Positions 21,737 to 33,482 of a stretch of 64,000 nt of DNA are shown here, in pieces. Within the stretch, counting starts at the first letter, position 1; each line of letters begins with the position of its first letter. The notes below the pieces were generated by a model. It was given only the letters and a program-made list of their open reading frames with translations, did no database searches and was not told the origin of the DNA. Source of the stretch: Phyllobates terribilis. Its lineage: Eukaryota. The DNA is taken from NCBI RefSeq assembly GCF_046119375.1, contig NW_027362762.1, positions 858,390,001 to 858,454,000 on the forward strand, read 5' to 3'. The translations under genes and the position numbers were made by a program.

Positions 21737-22971
21737 TGACGCGCCCCCTGGGCCAGTGCTGTTTGGGGATTACCCGGAGCCGGATCAGATGGGGGTTGTA
21801 GTCTCCGAGTGGCGGTGACCCGGTCCTTGCCCAGGGTGTCAAACTCAGTGTGTGGCAGTCTTTACAGATGTTGTTAAAGGTCCTTAATGTCGACTACGCC
21901 ACCCGTTGATTTGCGGTCACAAGGCCGCCGCTGCAGAAGGGTCCGCTGAGGCTGGTGGTGTGTGTGCAGCTCTGGTAGTATAACCCCCAACGGGAGGGGT
22001 ATAGCCTCAGGGGGTCAGGTGTAGAGGATGGTGGTAGTGAAGGTGCAGGATGATTCAGCAAGAAGACTCAGAGTCGGGCTGTGCAGTTCAGGGGTTTTTA
22101 CTTACGGGTGTTCTTATGGTCACTCTGGCCTGAAGCGACCACCCGAGCCGTGCTGCGTCCACCAGGTCCTGGACTCGGCCAACCCCCAAGTAATTCTGGA
22201 GCGTGGTTCTGAGCTCCCTTTCTGACTTTCCCTCTCTTCTGGCCGTTCTCACCAGGGATCCACCTATGTCCGGCTCCCTCGGGTCTCTTGGTGGGTACAC
22301 CTCTTCTGGGTTTCCTGACCCTATACTTGGTCTGCCTTCCTGGTGGATTTGGTGAGGGTCGTGGCAGATCCTGCCCACGACCTCCGGTCTCTGGCTAAGG
22401 TGTGCTTTTCTCTCTGCCAGCTTGGGATCCGGTACCCTAGGTGCCAACCCTTCACCCTGTTGCTTGTATTCTGGGGTCTTGGGGTTCCTTCTCCTTGTCT
22501 CTGGGTCCTTCTGACTCCTCTCTCTCTCTTGGCCTTGGAGCTGGGCCCAGCCGGAACCACAACTCCCTGTCAGCCCTTCTGGCTGAGCTTCTCTGCTCTG
22601 CTCCTCAGGCTAAACTCTGACAGACTGACCCTGATCTAAAATGGTGCCCACCTTATATACTCCCTCTATGTGTGAGCTCAGGTGACCAGCACCCAATGAG
22701 CTCCTAGCCTTACCCAGATTGCTCCCCCTATCTGCCCCTACACTACTGGGATGTTCCACCCCCCTCCCACTCCAGCCAGGGACAGACACTATCGTACCTG
22801 CACATAAACTAGTGGGAGTACCGTCGATCTGTCCCCCGGAAATGGGATGTATGTAGTGTATGCAGCTAACTGAGCTCAGTTCCACACTCCATCCTTACCC
22901 GGGAGTGGAATACCACACCTCTGGCTTGAGGTGTAATACCCCTGTAGCAGCCGAATCCTCAGGGTGCTACA
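21737..22971 (-). repeat. 5' LTR of the CSD element
   Basis: Followed by the PBS; offset exactly 3583 bp from the 3' LTR. Confidence 0.95.
22653..22659 (-). promoter_or_regulatory. TATA box of the 5' LTR
   Basis: TATATAA followed about 10 nt later by a CCATTTT/GCCATCTT-like motif; equivalent sites in the other LTRs (about 9277, 13667, 14034). Confidence 0.6.
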
Positions 22972-23155
22972 ATAGCAGTGGTCCGGCATGAAGATGTTAT
23001 GGATAGAGATGATGTTTTAGGGCAGCCGAGGTGAGAAACAGCAGCAGAGATATGAGGTACGGGTCAGGAGGCAAAGAGTTCTGGGCAGTTGGCACGGGGT
23101 CATCCTGCACGGGGTCAGAACATTTGATGGGATTTATCCTCAGAGAAGGATGATC

Positions 23156-23705
23156 TTACCGTGCCCAGCTTGGTGACACGTAATTAAATCCGGGCACGGG
23201 GTTACGGGCTTTCTTTTCCTCCGGCCACTGCATAAGATGGTTCTCCAGAATTGGCCTGAATGGTGGCTGTGCTCTCCTTTTCTCCAGATCCTCCCAGCCG
23301 ATGTTGGTAAAGAATGGATGCAGTCTGATGTTCCCGCACACATCCAATCGCTTCTGAGGATTTTTGCACAGCAGCTTCTTGATACGATCTTTCAAGTCAG
23401 CATCAAGCCAAGATGGAATTTCAAGCTTTCCTTTGGTTATAGCTCTGTATGCCATATTGCTAATGGAGTCGGTGTAAAATGGGGAGCGTCCTGTGGCCAT
23501 CTTGGACACCACAATCCCCAGGCTCCACCAATCCACTGCTGTGCCATATCCTTTTTTGCGATGCACCTCGGGTGCCATGAAATGGAAAGTGCCCGTCACT
23601 CCAGAGATGTTATTGGAGGAGGTGACGCCATCTTGGGCGAGCCCCAGGTCGATAATACGAATGTGGCCATCTGCATCCAACATGATGTTTTCCGGCTTAA
23701 GATCT
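23156..23705 (-). CDS. PKC-delta-like (AGC) Ser/Thr kinase, exon 4
   Basis: Acceptor ttcattgcAG; (R)DLKPEN, DLG, GTFHFMAPE, DWWSLG and an AGC-type tail PPFRP...GFNYVSP; stop TAA at 23156-23158. Confidence 0.88.
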
Positions 23706-23873
23706 CTGCAATGAAATAAGACAATAGGATAAGAAATCTGCCCAGTGATACAGGAGATGGAGAATTGGTCACTGCAAGAATAGGAAGAATAGGCAGAAAG
23801 GAGCCCAGGAAAGTTGGGGGCAATATTTTTAGCATGTAAAGGGGACAGAGAGAAAGAGGAAAGTTCTGCTTAC

Positions 23874-23936
23874 CGATGGACGATGTTGTGTCCATGGAGG
23901 AACTGGAGGCCACATACAATCTCTGCTGTGTAGAAT
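23874..23936 (-). CDS. PKC-delta-like kinase, exon 3 (FYTAEIVCGLQFLHGHNIVHR)
   Basis: AG/GT bounded, 63 nt, phase 2-2, joins exons 2 and 4 in frame. Confidence 0.88.
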
Positions 23937-24092
23937 CTGATGGAGAGAACAGAGTGTAGTATCAATGCCATCGCTGACACCTCCTTCCCACCTGGGCTAC
24001 ATTCCCTGTCAGCCCTCTTTCTGCTACATCCCAACCTCCACTTTTATTTCCACCCCTCTTCTCACTTTTTGGTAGATCTTCCTCTTTCTCAC

Positions 24093-24346
24093 CTTAAGGT
24101 GTCGATGTTCAAGTAGCCGCACATCTTAATCAAAGCCCCCAGGCTGCCGCCGGACAGATACTCCGTGATGAAATAAGCGCGCTTACGAGACTGCTGTGCG
24201 GCATAGAGATGACATAAGAACGGGCAGTCTCTGGCTGCCAGGAGTATCCGCCGCTCTCTCATAATCATGTTTTCATTGACCTCCCTTTTCTCGATCATTT
24301 TTACAGCCGTATAGATGTTTCGGCTGGGGATTGATGTGAGGACCAC
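24093..24346 (-). CDS. PKC-delta-like kinase, exon 2 (AVK, helix C, hinge)
   Basis: Acceptor ttttctcAG, donor GTGAG, 254 nt; AVKMIEK...ERRIL...PFLCHLY...FITEYLSGGSL. Confidence 0.88.
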
Positions 24347-24875
24347 CTGAGAAAAGAAATAGACAATGCTAAGAATTCAACGTATTTGAATTTGATCAAC
24401 GGGGGTTGCAAGGCCCTCTGTCCCGCTCCAGATTCGCCCAATTTGTCAGAGCTGGGCAAAACTGTCATGAAACCTCCAAAATGGGTATGGGAGGGGGAAA
24501 ACATCCGGTTTATCTACTGCACAAGAAATGGATGGACTGAGTGGTTTGTGAGTCTGCTAGTAATCTGGACCTTATAGCAGAGCAAAGCTAAGCTATCACC
24601 ATACTGCACTGTCTGCTCTATGACTGTCTATGGGTAGATCTAAAAGGGGTTTTCCATTATCACCATCTGTGAGCTGGTTGGGGTCAGTATTGGATGTATA
24701 TCAATGTGCAGCTGATTTAAAGTTTATGAAACATAGAGGTCAAAGTATATATTGTATCCTAATAGCAGCATATATGGACCAGGACATGGAAATAAACCAT
24801 GTCCCCCAATTCCCCACAGATTTAATACCTTAGTAACCACCAATACGTATTTTTACTGACCTGCGATATAAGAGA

Positions 24876-27800
24876 CTAGCTTTTGAACCCATTCTACACC
24901 CGGGTGGCGAGCATTTTTATTGGTATATGGACTACCATGCTGTTATTTGTGCTGCCCCCATCCTGGTATTTGTGCTGCCCCCATCCTGGTATTTGTGCTG
25001 CCCCCATCCTGGTATTTGTGCTGCCCCCATCCTGTCCACCCATCCTATCCTGGTATGCATGGCACCCCTCATCCCTATCCTGGTATGCATGGCACACCTC
25101 ATCCCTATCCTGGTATCCATGGCACCCCTCATCCCCATCCTGGTATGCATGGCACCCTTCACCCCCAATCCTGGTATGCATGGCACCCCTCACCCCACAA
25201 ACCTGGTATGCATGGCACCCCTCACCCCCAATCCTGGTATGCATGGCACCCTTCATCCCAATACTGGTATGCATGGCACCCTCATCCCTAATTTTGGTAT
25301 ACATGGCACCCCTCATCCCTATTCTGGTATGTATGGTACCACTCATCCTGGTATACATAGCACCCCTCATCCCAATCCTGGTATGTGTGGCCTCCTCATC
25401 CCCCAATCCTGGTATGCATGGTACACCAACCCTCGTCATGGTATGCATGGCACCCCTCATCCCTGTTCTGGTATGTATGGTAACCCTCATCCCTATCCTG
25501 GTATGTATGGTACCCCTCATCCTGGCATGCATGGCACCCCATCCCTCATCCTGGTATGCATGGTATCCCGCATCCCTATTCTGGTACGTATGGTACCCCT
25601 CATCCTGGTATACATGGCACCCCTCATTCCAATTCTGGTATGTATGGCCTCCTCATCCCCCAATCCTGGTTTGCATGGCCCCCTCATCCCTATCCTGGTA
25701 TGCATGGCACTCCTCATCCCCCAATCCTGGTATGCATGGCACCCCATCCTTTATTCTGGTATGCATGGTACCCCTCATCTCTATTCTGGTATGCATGGTA
25801 CCCCTCAAGCCCAATGCTGATATGCATGGCACCCCTCAACCCCAATGCTGGTATGCATGGCACTCCTCACCCCCCAATCCTGGTATGTATTGCACCCATC
25901 ATCCCCAATCCTGGTATGCATGGTCCCCTCACCCCCAATCCTGGTATGCATGGTCCCCTCACTCCCAATCCTGTTATGCATGGTCCCCTCACCCCCCAAT
26001 CCTGGTATGCATGGTACCCCTCATCCCTATTCTGGTATGCATGGTACCCCTCATCTTCCAATCCTGGTATGCATGGTACCCCTCATCCCTATTCTGGTAT
26101 GCATGGTACCCCTCATTCCTATTCTGGTATGTATGGTGCCCCAACCCTCATCCTGGTATGCATGGCACCCCTCATCCCTGTTCTGGTATGTATGGTAACC
26201 CTCATCCCTCTCCTGGTATGTATGGTACCCCTCATCCTGGCATGCATGGCACCCCATCCCTCATCCTGGTATGCATGGTATCCCACATCGCTATTCTGGT
26301 ACGTATGGTACCCCTCATCCTGGTATACATGGCACCCTTCATCCCAATACTGGTATGCATGGCACCCTCATCCCTAATTTTGGTATACATGGCACCCCTC
26401 ATCCCTATTCTGGTATGTATGGTACCACTCATCCTGGTATACATAGCACCCCTCATCCCAATCCTGGTATGTATGGCCTCCTCATCCCCCAATCCTGGTA
26501 TGCATGGTACACCAACCCTCGTCATGGTATGCATGGCACCCCTCATCCCTGTTCTGGTATGTATGGTAACCCTCATCCCTATCCTGGTATGTATGGTACC
26601 CCTCATCCTGGCATGCATGGCACCCCATCCCTCATCCTGGTATGCATGGTATCCCGCATCCCTATTCTGGTACGTATGGTACCCCTCATCCTGGTATACA
26701 TGGCACCCCTCATTCCAATTCTGGTATGTATGGCCTCCTCATCCCCCAATCCTTGTTTGCATGGCCCCCTCATCCCTATCCTGGTATGCATGGCACTCCT
26801 CATCCCCCAATCCTGGTATGCATGGCACCCCATCCTTTATTCTGGTATGCATGGTACCCCTCATCTCTATTCTGGTATGCATGGTACCCCTCAACCCCAA
26901 TGCTGATATGCATGGCACCCCTCAACCCCAATGCTGGTATGCATGGCACTCCTCACCCCCCAATCCTGGTATGTATTGCACCCATCATCCCCAATCCTGG
27001 TATGCATGGTCCCCTCACCCCCAATCCTGGTATGCATGGTCCCCTCACTCCCAATCCTGTTATGCATGGTCCCCTCACCCCCCAATCCTGGTATGCATGG
27101 TACCCCTCATCCCTATTCTGGTATGCATGGTACCCCTCATCTTCCAATCCTGGTATGCATGGTACCCCTCATCCCTATTCTGGTATGCATGGTACCCCTC
27201 ATTCCTATTCTGGTATGTATGGTGCCCCAACCCTCATCCTGGTATGCATGGCACCCCTCATCCCTGTTCTGGTATGTATGGTAACCCTCATCCCTCTCCT
27301 GGTATGTATGGTACCCCTCATCCTGGCATGCATGGCACCCCATCCCTCATCCTGGTATGCATGGTATCCCACATCGCTATTCTGGTACGTATGGTACCCC
27401 TCATCCTGGTATACATGGCACCCCTCATTCCACTTCTGGTATGTATGGCCTCCTCATCCCCCAATCCTGGTTTGCATAGCCCCCTCATCCCTATCCTGGT
27501 ATGCATGGCACTCCTCATCCCCCAATCCTGGTATGCATGGCACCCCATCCTTTATTCTGGTATGCATGGTACCCCTCATCTCTATTCTGGTATGCATGGT
27601 ACCCCTCAACCCCAATGCTGATATGCATGGCACCCCTCAACCCCAATGCTGGTACGCATGGCACTCCTCACCTCCCAATCCTGGTATGTATTGCACCCCT
27701 CATCCCCAATCCTGGTATGCATGGTCCCCTCACCCCCAATCCTGGTATGCATGGTCCCCTCACCCCCAATCCTGGTATGCATGGTCCCCTCACCCCCCAA

Positions 27801-29264
27801 TCCTGGTATGCATGGTACCCCTCATCCCTATTCCGGTATGCATGGTACCCCTCATCTTCCAATCCTGGTATGCATGGTACCCCTCATCCCTATTCTGGTA
27901 TGCATGGTACCCCTCATTCCTATTCTGGTATGCATGGTACCCCTCATCCTGGTCTGCATGGCACTCCATCCATCATCCTGGTATGCATGGTACTCCGCAT
28001 TCCTGTCCTGGTATGCATGGTACCCCTCATCCCTATTCTGGTAGGCATGGTACTCCTCATCCCCAATCCTGGTATGCATGGTACCCCTCACCCCCCAATC
28101 CTGGTATGTATGGCACCCCTCATCCCCAATCCTGGTATGCATGGTCCCCTCACCCCCAATCCTGGTATGCATGGTCCCCTCACCCCCCAATCCTGGTATG
28201 CATGGCACCCCTCATCCCTATTCTGGTATGCATGGTACCTCTCATTCTCCAATCCTGGTATGCATGATACCCCTCATCCCTATTCTGGTATGCATGGTAC
28301 CCCTCATTCCTATTCTGGTATGCATGGTACCCCTCATCCTGGTCTGCATGGCACTCCATCCCTCATCCTGTTATGCATGATACCCCGCATTCCTCTCCTG
28401 GTATGCATGGTTCCCCTCATCCCTATTCTGGTATGCATGGTAATCCTCATCCCCAATTCTGGTATGCATGGCACTCCTCATCCCCAATGCTGGTATGCAT
28501 GGCACCCCTCACCCCCCAATCCTGGTATGTATGGCACCCTTCATCCCCAATCCTGTTATGCATGGTACCCCTCACCCCCGAATCCTGGTATGTATAGCAC
28601 CCCTTATCCCCAATCCTGGTATGCATGGTACCCCTCATCCTCCAATCCTGGTATGCATGGTACCCCTCATCCCCCAATCCTGGTATGCATGGTCCCCTCA
28701 ACCCCAATCCTGTTATGCATGGTCCCCTCACCCCCAATCCTGGTATGTATGGTACCCCTCATACACCAATCCTGGTATGTGTGGCCCCCTCACCCCCCAA
28801 TCCTGGTATGTATGGCACCCCTCATCGCTTTCACAGTGCACACATGCAAAATAAAAAAACACTTATACTCACCTGTGCTCCAGCGCTGCTGTGTCCTGTT
28901 CTGCCGGAGGCAGGGGGAGGAGTGCGGTGCCGGAGTAGAAGTGCGTCTTCAGTAAAATGGCGCCAGAGAGCACTATGCGCATGAGCCGATTCCGACTCCT
29001 TCACTCCTGCCCCAGTCTCCGGTGAGAAGAGAGGCGCCGCAGCACCGCTCCTCCCGGTCAGGTAACTATGTAAATATGGCGCCGGAGTTCGCGGTATGCG
29101 TTCAGGGTCAACGCATACAGCGATAACCGGAGCCATACACACTCCTCTTACCGGTAACGGCTCCATGCGTTCTTCTGTCTGGAGCCAGACTGCGCAGGCG
29201 TGTCGCACTTGCGCAGTCTGTAAAGACTTCAGACAGAGGGTCGCTTGTAGCGTTATATTATAGA
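24876..29264 (-). mobile_element. Non-autonomous Helitron carrying a ~3.9-kb minisatellite, in kinase intron 1
   Basis: Minus strand starts TCTATAATATAACGC (29264) and ends with a CCCG...GGG hairpin then CTAG (24876), followed by T. Confidence 0.7.
24945..28825. repeat. Minisatellite (about 21-32-bp units, CTGGTATGCATGG core) with 1086-bp and 715-bp higher-order duplications
   Basis: Identical or near-identical ORF translations recur at +1086 (25747/26833, 26257/27343) and +715 (26833/27548). Confidence 0.95.
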
Positions 29265-31011
29265 CTAGCGTTCCCCGACAGGTGACTATCCTGTAACTGT
29301 CACCTGTACATTATAGCTGACAACTTGCTGCATCAGCCACGATCAATGTTGGCACACACCATGGCCGTTTAACCCCTTAGATGCTGCTGTCAATAGTGAC
29401 TACAGAATATAAATAGTTAGCAGAGTGCGGGGGCTTCCTCTTTAACCCCATTGGTACCCTGAGATCTTGATTGTGTGGTCCTGATTTTTGCCATGGCAGT
29501 TCATGGCTAAATAACAGCCTTAGAGTCTGCCGGCTATAGTGACCTGTTGAGAAGTTATCAAAATTTAGGTGATAAAAATACATTTTTTCATTCCTTTTAT
29601 TCCACTTTGTATTAACAACTGAAAATCAGCTGAAGGGTTAATGAACTACCTGAAAGCAGTTCTGAATACGTTATGCGGTGCGGTTTTTAAACTGATATAA
29701 TTTTTTGGGTGGGTTCCTATATATAGGACCCCCAAAGTCACTTCAAAACTGAACAGGTCCCTATAAAAATAAGTTTTGTAAATTAACTTGAAAAATGAAA
29801 AATTACTGCTACATTATTAAACCATCTAAAACGCTAACAAATAACATTTTTCAAATGGTGCTGATGTAAAGCAGACAGGAGGGAAATGTTATTTATTCAT
29901 GTTTTTGTGTGGTATGACTATCTGGATTAAAGGGATAATCATTCAAAGTTTGAAAATTGCAAATGTTGTTACATCTTTGTCAAATTTCTCATATTTTTAT
30001 AAATAAACGCAAAACATGTCAACATAAATTTACCAATTTTATTGTGTCACGAAAAAACATTCTCAAAACCAATGGGATATGTCGAAGCATTCCAGAGTTA
30101 TTACTACATAAAGTGACACTGGTCAGATATTAAAAAATTGGTCCGGTCACTAAGGGGTTAATCCCTGAGATCAGCTCTTCGATTAATCAGAATACCCATT
30201 TATAGCAGCACTACACCTAACCATGGTGATTAGATGAACCAATATGTGAAATAATCATAGGGGCAGGGGAGCACATGGATATTTTTTCAATCATCCCACA
30301 GAAGTGCACTTCAATGAATGTCTACCTACAGAAGATGACGAATGGAGATAAAATGGCAAATATAGGTTAATAAAAAAATATATATTGACAGACCCGGACC
30401 TTTAGGAGGGGAGCATTTGGCATTATCATGCACTTGCTCTTCTTCTAAAGGGTTAAAAGTAAATAGGGTTTTTGGCGTGAATAATGTTCTCCAGCTGGGT
30501 TTTGCCGCCACAGCAGCAGGGTCTGGATTGGCTGCGGATCCCGCCAGTAGTGAGGTGTCGCAGGGGAAGATTGCGTTTCCTCCCCTGGCTGCACCTGCTG
30601 ATAGGGGAGTTATTTTGTAAATAAAATAAGTGGTGGGGGTATATAGTGACTGGCAGCGCCCATGAGCTTGTCAGTCCTCGGCGCTGCCATAAGAAATTGC
30701 TGAGCCCACCCTCCCTCCCCCCTTTATTTTGCTTTAAAGCTTTCATTTTACTAGTCACGGCCTGAGGGGTTAGTCATTCGGGGAACCGAATGAATAATAA
30801 GTTATAGGTAATGTAAACGGGCTTGAGCTTTGGCTGAGCTGCGGTTGTTTATAATTATTACGTTATTAATTGAAGTTACCTGTATTATATGATTTTAATA
30901 AAGGCCGTGGCCAATTAATCTTCCAAGCAAGTCAAGTGTGTCGGTGTAATTTTGTTTAATCATAGATAAGTTTAAGGTATGGTTTGTGCATTGTAATGCC
31001 AGAAAACTTAC

Positions 31012-31266
31012 TGTTCCAAAGCTGCCCCTACCCAAGATTTTATGGATGGTAAAATTGCTCATAATAAGCGTGGGGTAGGGGCTGGATGTTCCGGGGTCCC
31101 TGCTGCATCCAGGTGTTGGCGCTTCATCCTCCAATCCATGGTCTTCGGCCTCTCTTCTCTTCTTGGTGATATTATTTAATCCAGTGGTATCACTGTCGTC
31201 TTCTTTGTTCCTCTTCTCTTCCCGCTTCTTCTGATCGCTTCCTTCTCTGTGTCCAGTAGACGCCAT
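31012..31266 (-). CDS. PKC-delta-like kinase, exon 1 (basic N-terminus plus Gly-rich loop)
   Basis: ATG at 31266, 255 nt, ends HKILGRGSFGT|GTAAGT in phase 0; spliced product is 373 aa with no stops or frameshifts. Confidence 0.85.
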
Positions 31267-32446
31267 TCTCACATATATCTTCCCGTCTGTAGACTTCCGT
31301 CCGATCACTTCAGCCAACAGTTGAAAGTAAATGGCAGTTGGTCGTGTGCAGGTGACGTGAGGTCAGAGGTGATAGAACCCTCAGGTGGCACCAGCCAGGC
31401 AGCGGCTCATGGCCTGCTCTGCCCTATACACTGATGTGGGCATCATGGGTGACAGTTTAGAGTCCAGAGGAACGGCAAAGAACTTCATGGCGGCTTCTAA
31501 TGCTGTTTTTTTATTTTCATATTACATTCTTTTTATCCACATATACAGAAACTTAATAATACATTAAATAACCTAACATACTATAAACTACCAGCTCTCC
31601 CCATTACCATTGTAATCCTTGGGTTTCCATATATTTCAAAAATCATTACTTTTATCTTTTATGTTATAATACTATTTCTCATATATCACAGTTACTAGAG
31701 ATTGTTTTTAAAATATTTAGGAAACCATGTATAATTTCCTTTACACTTCACAAATACTTGCTACTTAGCGTTGATATCACATAAAAGCCCAATAAAATCC
31801 ATTTACGTTTTTGGGTGTTACATGAAAAAATATGGAAAAGTTCACGAGGTATGAATACTTTTTCAAGGCTCTGTATTGCCGGCCATTCTCTGCAATGCTT
31901 TAATAATTCTATTTTCCCGCTATATTTCCTGTTACATTGATATAAGAGTCTGTTGTACTTATTGAGTATTTTCTACTATTCTTGTATTTTTCCTGGGAAT
32001 CTTGCTCTTATTTTGTGTATGGGGAGGATTGTCCTTTCTGTCCATGACTTGGGACATGTTTTGGTCATTTTTCATACGTTGATGTGTATTTTTGATTTTT
32101 ATAATCCGTGGATTTGTTCTGCTTTTTTCTTGATAGCGCTCACAATAAAGATATCCTATTATTTCCTTGGATGTCTGATCCTTTGTTTAATTCTTGCTGA
32201 CAATACTGTAACGGTACATTTTTGGCTGGCACACTGGTCTTCATTTAGGTTGCACCTACCCAACCTTACTGCCCAAATAATACAAGCAAAATCAGCATCC
32301 TGCTGTCATATAGCAGCATTTTACTATAAGCAGTTCTCTTCTGTCATCTCCTGATGAAACGTGGTGGTGCGTGCACATTATATTACTAGCTAATTGTCAG
32401 TACTATAAGCATGATAGCACAAGGCCCAAAAATATAAACAATTAAC

Positions 32447-33482
32447 TTAAAATCAATGTGTCACCAGGTTTTTGCTACCCCATTTGAGAGCAGCATGATG
32501 AAGGGGCAGAGACCCTGATTCTAACAATATATCACTTACTGACTACTGTCACGGGTGTGTCAGGTGTTATAGACAGTAGCACTGGATCTGCCTGTAGAAG
32601 GTCACTGCGCTTGGCATTGCAGACGCCTTCTTGATTCCTTCTTCCTTTAGGACCCAGCAGCGACCTCTCTCATGCTATTAATTGAAACATCCTTGCATGG
32701 GAGTTAAAAACTCAGTTTGCTGCAGAAAATCGCCGGTGATACTTCTATATTCCTTTGTGCAGCTGTTGGCTGGTTTCTTCTCTGGTGCCCTTAGAGGACA
32801 GTTGGCGTTTCTCTTCTGGTGTCTGCTCAAGCAAAATTTTTCCCATTTGTTTGTCTACCTTGTTGTCTTTAGTTTGTAGTGGGGCTGACTAGTGCTCACC
32901 CCCTCCCCCTCTCTATCTAGGGCCAAGCTCTAGGGATATACAGGGTTTAGGGTCCTGCTCGGCGATAGGTGTGGAACCTATGTAGGGACAGTAGGATAGG
33001 CAGGGTGATATTAGGACTGCCTAGGGGTCTCCACTTCCCCTTTGCCTAGTGTTTTGGCTTCCTCCCCCTCTTCCCTCTGTGTTGCACTTAGTCTTTCCCA
33101 CACCTTGCGTGACAGCTGCTTGCTACAGTTTTTATGAAATCACTGTTTTCTCTTGTAGACCTCAGAATGCAGAGCAGTGTATAATCCGCCCACATCACTA
33201 ATTGGCAGATCTCTGTGTACACTGTGCACAGGCAGAAAGCTGCCAATCAGTGGTGGGGGTGGATTTATACAGGGCTCATGAATTTGGAGGACTTCCTGAT
33301 AGTAGGTTTACTAGTACTAGTTTACTAGTCCTCTAGTGATTTCCTGTTAATAAAACAGTGATTTTATCAAAAGTACAGCAAGCAGCACAGTAAGTGATAC
33401 ATCACTGGAATCAGTGTCTCTGTCTCTACATTACGCTGCTCTCAGATTAGGTGACAAAGACCTGGTGACAGATTCCCTTTAA
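32447..33482. mobile_element. T2/Kolobok-type MITE
   Basis: TTAA...TGTCACCAGG / CCTGGTGACAGATTCCCTTTAA termini. Confidence 0.65.
32547..33114. mobile_element. Probable solo LTR of a different family
   Basis: TGTCACG...CGTGACA inverted ends, 568 bp, interrupting the MITE; flanks ACTAC/GCTGC match only imperfectly. Confidence 0.5.

Larger units (their letters stand above)
18154..22971 (-). mobile_element. Complete young non-autonomous LTR retroelement encoding a cold-shock-domain protein
   Basis: Two 1235-bp LTRs with five substitutions counted by eye, TG...CA ends, TSD ATAG (18150-18153, 22972-22975), tRNA-Ser PBS, PPT, and a single internal ORF; no RT, RNase H, IN or PR motifs seen. Confidence 0.93.

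Noticed and set aside
24883-28955. 912-, 541- and 484-aa ORFs
   Set aside because: Products of the minisatellite on the strand opposite the host kinase intron; repeats shift frame constantly.
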